In this document: positions 53,742 to 64,000 of the stretch, one piece after another
How positions within the stretch are numbered: the stretch's first letter is position 1
How the letters are laid out: each line of letters opens with the position of its first letter
Assembly: GCF_006345805.1 (NCBI RefSeq)
Contig: NC_043017.1
Span: forward strand, 26,970,001 to 27,034,000
Direction of reading: 5' to 3'
DNA length: 64,000 nt
Source: Octopus sinensis
Taxonomy: Eukaryota
Notes under the pieces: generated by a model
The model's database searches: none
Told to the model about the DNA's origin: nothing
Seen by the model: only the letters and a program-made list of their open reading frames with translations
Position numbers and translations under genes: made by a program

Positions 53742-54370
53742 AGGCGGCGAGTTGGCACGCCGCGCGAAATGCTAAGCGGTATGGCGGCGAGCTGGCAGAA
53801 TCGTTAGGACGTCGGGCGAAATGCTTCGCAGTATTTCGGCTGCCGTTACGTTGTGAGTTCTAATTCCGCCCAGGTCGACTTTGCCTTTCATCCTTTCGGG
53901 GCCGATAAATTAAGTACCAGTTACGCACTGGGGTCGATGTAATCGACATAATACCTATGTTTGTCCCATCTATGATTAACCCCTTGTGGGTAATAAAGAA
54001 ATAGGTATTTCGTCTGTCTTTGTGTTCTGAGTTCAAATTCCGCCGAGGTCGACCTTGCCTTTCATCCTTTCAGGTTCGATAAATTAAGTACCAGTTACGC
54101 ACTGGGGTCGATGTCATCGACTCAATCCCTTTGTCTGTCCTTGTTTGTCCTCTCTGTGTTTAGCCCCTTGTGGGTAGTAAAGAAATAGGTCTTTCGTCTG
54201 CCGTTACGTTCTGAGTTCAAATTCTGCCGAGTTCGACTTTGCCTTTCATCCTTTCGGGGTCGATAAATTAAGTACCAGTTACGCACTGGTGTGGATGTAA
54301 TCGACTTAATCCGTTTGTCTGTTCTTGTTTGTCTCCTCTATGTTTAACCCCTTGTGGACAATAAAGAAAT
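53742..54370 (+). mobile_element. SINE family C: duplicated head plus three tandem bodies
   Basis: GGCGGCGAG.TGGCA twice; body units start at 53831, 54005, 54189 (periods 174 and 184), each ending CCCCTTGTGG..TAAAGAAATA. Confidence 0.9.
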
Positions 54371-55306
54371 ACATTACAATATATAATTCTTGATAAAACT
54401 ATGTTAGTATTTCCTTCCTTGTCTTATTTTCCTTATATGTATCAAATCATGCGTCACTTTTCATTATTTTACACACGAACATACACACACACACACACAA
54501 AAAAAAAATACATAGACATACATACACGCACGGTCAAGGAAAGACGAAGGCTTTGAAGACTTGATTTCCTGGTAACTTTCGTTTGTGGCATTATCGATAT
54601 TGCTTTTAGATGATTTTGTTATGCAACCGCGTGGGTTAATTCAATTCACTTATTCTTCTGTTGTGTTTGAGATAAATATATGTTTGTTGTACCTTCAGAA
54701 TTTTTTTGTATAATGTCATTGTTAACATTTTTTTTTCTATTTTTGAGTTATGAATCCGTTATATACAAATATCCTAACTGAAAAACATATGACGGACACC
54801 TAAATCTCTGACAGTAACACAAAGAGGGATTGTAAAGAAAAAAATGCATCAGTTCATTGATTTTCGGAATAGAGTGATAACGGTATGTAAAGCGATTGTA
54901 ATGCTTATTTTTTAAACAGCGATCTTGGAAAAACAAATATATATGTGACTAAGATTTGAATTTTTCATACTGAATTATTACCTACGTGAATATTATTGGA
55001 CGAAAATAAAATCAAAAGAAAGAAAGAAAGAAAAGAAGAGTATTTGTATATCTAAGCACTGCACACTCATTCCAAAAACGTTTCAAAAAAATTTGTGAAA
55101 CAGCAAAGCAAGAAGATATATTAAAACGCATCCATACCTTTCCAATAAACAAGATGTAAAGCGTAGATATTACTTTACTCTCTGGACGACTATATGATAC
55201 TCGACAAAAATTACTTTGCTCCATATATGAAATATATATACGTGTGTGTGTGTGTGTGTGAGTGCGCGTGTGGGTCGATGTGTATTCATATCTATATATT
55301 TCCAGT

Positions 55307-55364
<58 letters not shown>

Positions 55365-55472
55365 TACATATATACTTACATGTACGCACACACACACTCA
55401 CATGCCACACTATATTATCTGTATATGTATATATATATATATATATGTATATGTATAAATATCATATATACA

Positions 55473-55516
<44 letters not shown>

Positions 55517-56942
55517 AAGTATGTTTATCCACAGTGAGTACAAGGCTGTTTGATTATTACATTCATAGAGAAAAACTTGGAATGTTTTTTTTTCAATAAA
55601 GTGAAAGAATTGAAGTTTTCGATTGTTTGACGATCGATAACTTTAGGATGATATCATTCAATTATTTCTCTTTTTTCCCCTACAATCCTACATTTGTTGC
55701 TTCCTCGCAAAGTACTTTAAAAAATTCAGCATTTCGCCATAGCAAATTTGAATATACACTAAACATACTCAAACTTTGAAGTTGGTTAAGATAATGCGAG
55801 ATGTGGGTTCAGAAACTGTTTCCGCATTTTACCAATGTTGGATCAAATTTTTACTGTTGGATCAAAAGGTTGTAGGGTTTAGAGTGAGAATGAATCTTAG
55901 GTCGTACAGTAACCAAAATATTTAATGCAATACGGAGCCATCAATTTATAGCTTTTCTTATCATCAGGTCTTCTGTCCATTTACACTATTCAATAAATGG
56001 TAAGATTTCATGTAATTACTATGTAATTGAAATTTATGTTAACCTTTATACCTTTGAGATATACCTATGTATTATCTAATATAATATTCAGGTATTCGCA
56101 GAATCCTTAGGTAAATAAATCCTTCCATTCAACGTAAGCTGACAGTTATCAAGTCATCGTTCTATAGGTTTATATTAAAATCATTATTTCCCGGCGTTAT
56201 TCTAACATATACACCTCGTTTCTCGCTTTAACCCTTTATTATATAAATCAAATATTCCTCAAACTAACATTAGGGAATATGGAAATGAAACATTCCATTA
56301 TTCTATGAAATCACACAGGATCTGTTTATCTAAACACGATCGATAAATTGTCTATGTATCCTACTATAATAATTATTCTCTAATTCGCCACATATGTGGA
56401 ATATCAAGAAAAACACATTAAGAAAATATCTTCTCATAAATACACTTATAATCAACTGTAAAGCATCAAATATTAATTTTCACTCAAATATATAAACACA
56501 ATTATAAAACATTAATTAAACAAATGCAACATTGTTCCGTATTCCATTAAATGTTTTCTATATCTTTTATTATAAAAGCTTATCAAGACGAATTACTTAC
56601 ATTACAAAATATTACGTGTCGTTTTATAAAGATTGATGATTGAACAAACATTCCACTATACTAATTATTTTATAATAAACTGCAATTATTAATGTTAAAT
56701 CTCAAGTACATTACAATATTATTACTCTCATAAATATCTTACTGTTATTTATATATATATATATATTTGAGTAGTTGAATGAATTATCTTGTTATGGATA
56801 ATTCGGTTAACCGATACCTGGGTAGCAAATTCACATCAGAGAAAACACGTTTGAAGTTACGTGCTTTCGTGTGGAAATTTGCATATATTTTTTTTAAATA
56901 TAAATATATGAAAGAATAGAGTTCAACGACGAATCAACAAAA

Positions 56943-57041
56943 TTCCTTTATTTTCGACATTTGTTTCGAAGGCTGCATATTCCTAATTGCGAAGGAATAA
57001 AGAGTATATTATGCCGCTTTCTCCTCAGGAAAAGCAAGGAA
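56943..57041 (-). ncRNA. Antisense-arm type I hammerhead ribozyme, core also intact
   Basis: Minus strand TTCCTTGCTTTTC-CTGAGGA-GAAAGCGGCATA..TATGCAGCCTTC-GAAAC-AAAT-GTC-GAAAATAAAGGAA. Confidence 0.8.
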
Positions 57042-57140
57042 CCTATGTCAACATCAAGATGCACAAACATTTTTTATCACTATGGGCTCCGCGTGAGCAG
57101 TCATCTAAACGTTTTTGGTGCATCTTGATGTTGACATAAG

Positions 57141-57244
57141 TTCCTTGCTTTTCCTGATGAGAAAGCGGCATAATATAATCCAATCCTTATTCCTTCGCAA
57201 TTAGGAATATGCAGCCTTCGAAACATATGTCGAAAATAAAGGAA
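57141..57244 (+). ncRNA. Complete type I hammerhead ribozyme with extended helix II
   Basis: CTGATGA 57154-60; helix II 57161-72/57208-19 (10 of 12 pairs); GAAAC 57220-24; palindromic ATAT loop; GTC 57229-31; helix I TTTTC/GAAAA + 2x2 loop + TTCCTT/AAGGAA. Confidence 0.85.
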
Positions 57245-57273
57245 TTTTGTTATTTCGTCGTTCAACTCCATTC

Positions 57274-57313
<40 letters not shown>

Positions 57314-57924
57314 AAATTAATGATAGTGAGTGTTTCTATAATGTCATGCTGTCTAGTATTCTACACATTTTCGTAGATACTGTGTTATAGAGTTTCGGAG
57401 TTAATTAACCATTTTGGTGCCATGGACATCTCAATTAGAGCTCGGCTGAATAATACTTCGGGAGTAAGTAAGGTACACGGAATGTCTGTTGTCTGTTTTG
57501 ACCTGTGCGTGTAGACATGTGTATGTGTGAGAGCTGATGTTTTTCTCCCCATCTCTTCGCAAGCAATACAAAATGTAATGGGGTCAATTTGGTTTACTAA
57601 ACCTTCCAAGGCGAAGATCAAATGCCGAAAGGGAATTCGGAAAATGTCAGCTTAATCAAAATATTCTAATTTAAATGATCTTGTTTAAAATAATCGAGGA
57701 GACAGGATAATTATATACCGGTTGCATATCTATCGCCTCGCAAAATATCTTACACACACACACAACACACACACACACACACACACATACAAACACACAC
57801 ACACAACCACACACACAAACAAACGCACAAGTGAATTTATGTGCTATATGTGTGTGCGTTTTAACAATTTTTTTCATATATACATCTGTAAAAATCGTGC
57901 GTACAAATATATATATATATATAT

Positions 57925-58043
57925 ATAAGTATGTATGTATATATATTATTCAAAGAAATTCCAACACTGTTTTTTATGTTTTATTTATATTCGTATAATA
58001 TATATAGAATATATATTATAAATATATATATATAGTAAACACA

Positions 58044-58118
<75 letters not shown>

Positions 58119-58234
58119 TATATAAGTATGTATGTATATATATTATTCAAAGAAATTCCAACACTGTTTTTTATGTTTTATTTATATTCGTATAATATAT
58201 ATAGAATATATATTATAAATAATATATATATAGT

Positions 58235-58288
<54 letters not shown>

Positions 58289-58290
58289 GC
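57925..58290. repeat. Tandem duplication of about 195 bp (unique core + microsatellites)
   Basis: TTATTCAAAGAAATTCCAACACTGTTTTTTATG..TAGTAAACACAC twice. Confidence 0.9.
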
Positions 58291-58420
58291 AAGGGCTTCT
58301 TTTAGTTTCCTTCTACCAAATCCACTCGCAAGGCTTTGGTCGGCCAGAAGCTATACTCAAAGACATTTGCCCATTTTGACACGTAGTGGGACTGAACCTA
58401 TAACCATGTTGCTTAGAAGT
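58290..58420 (-). mobile_element. Diverged SINE family A, 5' part
   Basis: CTACCAAATCCACTCGCAAGGCTTTGGTCGGCC..GTGGGACTGAACC. Confidence 0.75.
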
Positions 58421-59794
58421 AAGCTTTGCCAGCCAAGATTCTAAGACGTGCAAGCAGCAATTTGCCATGCACCTCCACACACATCTTTAGTTTACCTATT
58501 AGATAACAAAACGTGGATATTTGACAAACAACTGTTATGGGTGGGACAGTTCCTGTTCGTGTCCGATTGTAAATAACTTACCCCTACTCTTCTTTGCTTA
58601 CGTGCCACATTCACTTTTCCTCTTTCAGATCGATCCACGATAGCTTGTAAGTTGAATGTGAAAGAAAAATGAGAAATGTTATGTTTAATGAGAGGGATAT
58701 TTCACTCATCTTTTTAGCAGAGACAGTAACAGCCTTGAAGCATTGCCTTACTGCGTCTGATCCGTAAGCCGTTTTCAATGGCGTAAGAACGGGTGTAACA
58801 ACTTCACTTTACGAGAAATGTTTATTTCTTTCGTATATATTTTCGACACTCATTTTTATCTTTGATGTCACTTTCACGTAATCATTTGGAAATATAGAAC
58901 TAAATTATCACATTTCCAGACATCTTGAGAAGTTTTATATACATAAAAATCTGTTTTCTCATGCATAATGGAATAACGTCATAGTTTATGGCGTTGCTGC
59001 TAGGTATGAGGTAAAACGACAAAAATAATTTCACAATTTCTCTCTTTGCAGTTTGCAGCTGTGGTAATCGTTATCAGGTTATATATGGTTTCTGGCATTA
59101 TTTTATTCCAGATAACTTTCACTATTCCTTTAAATTCCTATACGAACACTTTTGAAAATATCCACACAAGATATAATGAGAATTTACATAATATATCACC
59201 TTTATTCTTGATATCTTTTTTTGTTGTTGTTTCCTCTTGGGTATATCAAGAGATATTGATTGCAACGTTATCGGTAAAATCTTATATGTTAAGTAGCAGT
59301 ACGATATTTGGAGCTTGCCGTCGAGTTTCAATATTTAATGCAAAGTGTTTCACATCATATCTATCAGGATCTGTCTCATATCTTTAGATTTGTTCTGTGC
59401 AATAAATTAGTTCAAAGAGCTGTGTGTAAGCGCACAGATAATACTGTATTTTAACTTTGAAATTCTGTTCGCAAGTAAAATCTTGAATGTATTATTCTCC
59501 TTTAAATACGGAGGTTACACATTTTTGCTATCTACTTAACAGTTTAAGAAGTGCTTTAACATGCTCGTATTTTAGTATTTAAAAAAAAAAACTATTGAGC
59601 AAATGAATGGGATATATATATATATTGTTTGTCTGTATTCCACCTGCCTTTGTCTTTTGTTTATTTCCGTAAACATGCCTTCGTCTTTTGTCTATTTTCA
59701 TAAAGCTTCCCGTTATATATATATAATAAAATATTGGGGAATAAATCCAAACTTACAGGGAAAAATCAGATTTAGGATTGAATCCAATTTTATA

Positions 59795-60134
59795 GTAAAA
59801 TATTATATTATATATGGTTTAGATTATTACATTTTCTTTCATTTTTCTTTGACGAAATCTCCTCGAATTTCCTTTTCTTCAATGCAGATGGGGTTACTTG
59901 ATTTCGACGGTAATATTTAAACCACCTGAAGAATGACTGTAACTCGAAAATTTTAAGAATTGAACAGCCATGAATCGATCGTAGTGTTATGTCAATTATT
60001 TTTTTTTAATAATTTTGATATATATTTAAATAATATAAATTAATTAATCTTATGTATTGACTTAAGTTTTTCATTGTATAATTTGCCTAATAGTGGTTTA
60101 TCTCTAATTTAATATAATATATATATATATATAT

Positions 60135-60228
<94 letters not shown>

Positions 60229-60352
60229 TATATATATTATCGACCTTGGTTTATGGTTCAGATTATTACATTTTCTTTCATTTTTCTTTGACGAAATCTC
60301 CTCCAATTTCCTTTTCTTGAATGCAGATGGGGTTATTTGATTTCGACAGTAA
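59795..60352 (+). repeat. Local duplication 59795-59912 / 60245-60352
   Basis: GATTATTACATTTTCTTTCATTTTTCTTTGACGAAATCTCCTC..TGCAGATGGGGTTA.TTGATTTCGAC twice. Confidence 0.9.
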
Positions 60353-60624
60353 TGTGTTCCGTGTCACGACTATGATGAGCTATAATGTAAATGCTATCGT
60401 AACATTTTTTTCCTTTTTGCCTTTGGTCAGTAAGTGTTACTTCCTATTTGCTTCTATCTAGAATTCAAAGACAATGGCTTTTATTCCATTCAAACTTCGC
60501 TTTTGTGACTTGGTTATCAATGATTTGAAACTGACCTATTTTCCATTATATTTCAGATAGATTCGGAATTGAGTTACTGAAGCGGAAATATCAGTATAGC
60601 AAATATTCCGCTGAGTATGACGAA

Positions 60625-60760
60625 ATTACTTGTCAGTTGCTTGACCATAACTATTTGAACATGTCACTTAGAGACTGACAACATGTGCATCTCTGGTCAA
60701 GAGCTGGTGTAATAGGGGAACCTCATAACCATGTGTTCAGGGGGTTTCTTTTGGATCTAA
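60625..60760 (+). mobile_element. Diverged 5' fragment of the 63352-63765 repeat family
   Basis: CTTGTCAGTTG.TTGACC.TAAC..TTGA.CATGTC.CTTAG..ATGTGCATCTCTG matches the reverse complement of 63680-63750. Confidence 0.65.
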
Positions 60761-61035
60761 AAAAATACCACAAAATAAAATTCGAACGAAATATTTGCCA
60801 ATTCTAATAATTAAAGGGTTAGAAAAAAGAAAATATTTTCTACCCAAGAATAAAATTCTTGTTACAGAGTGTTATATTTCAATAAGATCTCTTTACATAT
60901 ATGTATATATATATACAAAAAGCAATAAAGATTCAAGTTAATTTAAATGAATTTACTTGAATATGGTACCTAACTTAGATGCACCAAAAAAAACTATACT
61001 GTTTTAACAATACAGTAATGTGGGGTGATTATAAG

Positions 61036-61308
61036 CGAGAAAGAAGCAACAAGAATGGATAGGTTTTTAGTACAATCGTTTCATACAAGGACAGGCTTTA
61101 TTAAAAGTTGTAAAAATTACAGCATATAAACGTGTCCCGTACTCATGAGTATAGCCTCAACCACTAGGATGTCTAGAGAACTCACATGTATTTTAGCTGA
61201 TGAGTACGGGACACGTTTATATGCTGTAATTTTTACAACTTTTAATAAAGCATGTCCTTGTATGAAACGATTGTACTAAAACCTATCCATTCTTGTTGCT
61301 TCTTTCTC

Positions 61309-61309
<1 letters not shown>
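61036..61309. repeat. About 112-bp inverted repeat (61036-61146 / 61198-61309)
   Basis: CGAGAAAGAAGCAACAAGAATGGATAGG..GTGTCCCGTACTCAT vs its near-exact reverse complement. Confidence 0.92.
61191..61281 (+). ncRNA. Complete type I hammerhead ribozyme, second family, extended helix II
   Basis: Helix I TTTTAG/CTAAAA; CTGATGA 61197-203; helix II GTACGGGACA/TGTCCTTGTAT continuing GTTTAT/ATAAAGC; GAAAC 61264-68; GATT loop; GTA 61273-75. Confidence 0.8.
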
Positions 61310-61381
<72 letters not shown>

Positions 61382-62075
61382 GTTATGAAGTTGTGTACGA
61401 TTTTCATGTTGCCGTATAATGCAGTTACCAATTTGAAGATTAATAATTGCACATGTCTAAATGGTTCACACCTTCCCCTCAAACTGAAATAATACAGTTA
61501 CAAAAATAGAAGAAGATTATGCATTCAGATTAATATCTATCCCAAACTGATCGATACGGACCAAAGAAAATCTTTTGATCTTGACGATGCACCCTCAGGA
61601 CTCGTCATTATTATGCATCATCAAGGCTGATCTTCAAATGTAAACAAGACTAAAAGCAGTAAAGCAACAAATACGTCTATATCGTTATTAAATAATTCGT
61701 CAAGAAATAATGAACCATTCCTACAGTAGACAAACTTTCCATGGAATTATATTCGATTACATTAGTAGGGGAGAAAAATATAATGGGCTTAAGAAAGTTA
61801 TGATTATAACCAATGTGATAACTAGAAAGGACAAAAACTACATTCTAGATTATAGTTAAATATATGCATTTGTATATTTATAAGTACGCATGCCCCCATA
61901 TCGCAGTTTGCTACAAAAATTGCAAATATTCAAAACATATTTTCCCAAGAAAATTTCCAGTATTCGTTATATTCTGTGTCGGTGCACAAGTGCTAATATT
62001 TCTGTGACCAATTGTAAATGTAAAATCGGTAATCAAATATAACCCATGAGAATTCTACCAGGATAAATCCTAGAT

Positions 62076-62255
62076 CAGTGCTCCAAGACCCTTTTTGTCA
62101 CTTGCGGTACACGTATCAAAATTTGACGTCACACCTGTACTAAAAATAAAGCTAAAAGTATATGGACAAAAATTATATTCAGGTTACGCTGCGGCACACC
62201 AGGCATCATCTTGGTGGCACACCAGAGTGCCGCAGCATGCCGGTTACAGACACTA
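62076..62255. mobile_element. Old hAT-type MITE
   Basis: CAGTG ... CACTA termini, CGGCACACC-type subterminal repeats, partial 8-bp TSD TCCTAGAT/ACCTGTAT. Confidence 0.5.
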
Positions 62256-62444
62256 ACCTGTATATTTTGGCAACTTTTGGATGCATTTATCTTTTCTACA
62301 TCAAATAATTGGTTGTTATAACGAAAACAATCGTGGTGAAGTTCGATGGTCATCACGATAATAAAAATGAAATTGCAAATAATGATTGATCCCAAAACAA
62401 TCTAAATACCAATTATTCAATCTTGATAACATTCTTTTCTACTC

Positions 62445-62640
62445 TAGGCACAAGGCCCGAAATTTTGGGGGATTGTGCCAGTCGATTAGAATCACCCCAG
62501 TACGCAATTGGTAGTTAATTTATCGACCGCGGATGATCAAAGGCAAAGTCAACCTCGGCGGAATTTGAACTCAGAATGTAATGACTGACGAAATGCCTCA
62601 AAGCATTTTGTCCGGCGGGCAAACGTTTCCGCCAGCACAA
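62445..62640 (-). mobile_element. SINE family C
   Basis: CACAAGGCCCGAAATTTTGGGG..GGCAAAGTCAACCTCGGCGGAATTTGAACTCAGAA. Confidence 0.8.
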
Positions 62641-62739
62641 CGCCTTCATATACACACATTCATACCCTACGGTGTTCGAAGTGGTAACTGCATTATACGG
62701 CAACATGACAATCGTAGACAACGCTATTACGTTTATATA

Positions 62740-62833
62740 TATAAACGTAAACACACCAGCATCGGTTGTCAAAACATGTTGGTGGTACAAACACAGAAAC
62801 ACAAACATACACACACACACACACGCACACATT

Positions 62834-62865
<32 letters not shown>

Positions 62866-63025
62866 CACATATATACGACGGGCTCCTTTCAGTTTCCAAA
62901 TTCACTCACCAGGCTTTGGTCGGCCCGAGGCTATAGTAGAAGACGCTTGCCCAAGGTGCCACGTAGTGGGACTGAACCCGAAATCCTTTGGTTCGTTAGC
63001 AATCTACTTACCACACAGCCACTCC
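62740..63025 (-). mobile_element. SINE family A lacking the 3' tail
   Basis: ACGTAAACACACCAGCATCGGTTGTC..CCCAAGGTGCCACGTAGTGGGACTGAACCCG..CACACAGCCACTCC. Confidence 0.85.
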
Positions 63026-63351
63026 TACACCTCTTTAATATTTACAAAATATTCATGTAATGTTCAGAAAATACTCGTGGGCTAGATGTGAGCTTCGTAA
63101 ACATATTATCCGCTGCGTCTTTGAGTACGATACTTCGTTACCAGGTTATTTCCGTACACCAATGTAAAACTGATTACATCTTGTGCGTTAAAGTTTAAAA
63201 TGCATCTGATCGTGAATTTGTTCATAGTGGAGTTTTCTACTCTATACTCAAGGACCTTCAAATTTAATAAGATACAGCCTGAGGAACCTAATGTCTGAAG
63301 GTAGAACTTAACTTTGTTTATTATTATTATTATTATTATTGATTAAGAGAG

Positions 63352-63765
63352 CAGTGCATGCCATGAAAGTGACAATGGGGTAAAACATACGAAGCCCAGT
63401 ATACCCATCATGACAACCCGTCTGATAAGGGTACATGCATCACAACCATATGTGCACATGATGATCTCATATAAAGATAAACAACGCATGACCTTGCAGG
63501 TGGGGCCGAGTTAAAAAATTTTTTATGTTCGAGTAGCCCATCCCGCTCAAAAGGTCCTTGAATAAGGGTTGTTTAATGATGTTGAACGAAACACCCATGT
63601 CTCCAGAGGTGAATTATTCAAACCCCAAAGAATCCGTCTCAACACATAGCTATGATGCTTCCCCACAACTTCTGCTCATGATCAGAGATGCACATATCGT
63701 CAGCCACTAAGGGACATGCTCAACTGGTTAAGGTCAAACAACTGACAAGCAAATTACAGCACTTA
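63352..63765 (-). mobile_element. Unclassified non-autonomous retroelement with (TAA)n tail
   Basis: Non-coding, moderate GC, ends on the minus strand in CATGCACTGCTCTC..AATAATAAT; second copy at 60625. Confidence 0.6.
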
Positions 63766-64000
63766 TTGACAGTGTGCTATAAGTGTAAGAGAAGGGCACG
63801 CTATTAGTTGACACAAAGTATTTTGTTTCGGTTTATAATATTGATGGTGTCTTATGTCGCTCATTGTATTTTGTGTGAAATTACAATATGATACGTTACA
63901 CATATAAATACACATATACGCACGCACATACTCAAAGAGGCACACATACGTAGGCATACACACACATATGTATATAAATGTTTACCTCTGATTGCCTGTA

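Larger units (their letters stand above)
56770..57283. mobile_element. Fold-back element (arms 56904-57064 / 57118-57283), probable inverted Penelope-type pLTR
   Basis: About 160-bp imperfect inverted repeat, each arm containing a hammerhead; left flank shared with the 2444 copy. Confidence 0.8.

Noticed and set aside
59926-59960. CTGAAGA...GAAA as a further hammerhead (also CTGATGA at 31761)
   Set aside because: No convincing helix II, helix I or RUH triplet.

Overview
AT-rich, microsatellite-saturated eukaryotic genomic DNA, most likely an octopus (inferred from tRNA-headed SINE families that resemble the octopus OK/OR types as I recall them). No host gene can be called with confidence. 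Nearly all ORFs in the track are translations of (TA)n/(CA)n/(CATA)n/trinucleotide repeats. Supported content: a near-intact 5'-truncated Penelope-like element (RT + GIY-YIG, one 1-nt frameshift); an R4/Dong-type RLE retrotransposon 3' end sitting in (TAA)n; a frameshifted CR1-group LINE; two decayed mariner transposons; two hAT-type MITEs; about 25 SINE copies of several families; 131-bp and 376-bp tandem arrays; and a probable false duplication around a 100-N gap. The most notable signal is a set of hammerhead-ribozyme motifs from at least three sequence families. Two are complete type I hammerheads with unusually long helix II lying in fold-back inverted repeats (about 57.0 kb and 61.2 kb). 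There is also a minimal form (1.1 kb, 47.9 kb) and a degenerate core repeated in the 376-bp array. A speculative chain of phase-compatible plus-strand micro-exons, including a duplicated 22-nt pair, may mark a host gene.
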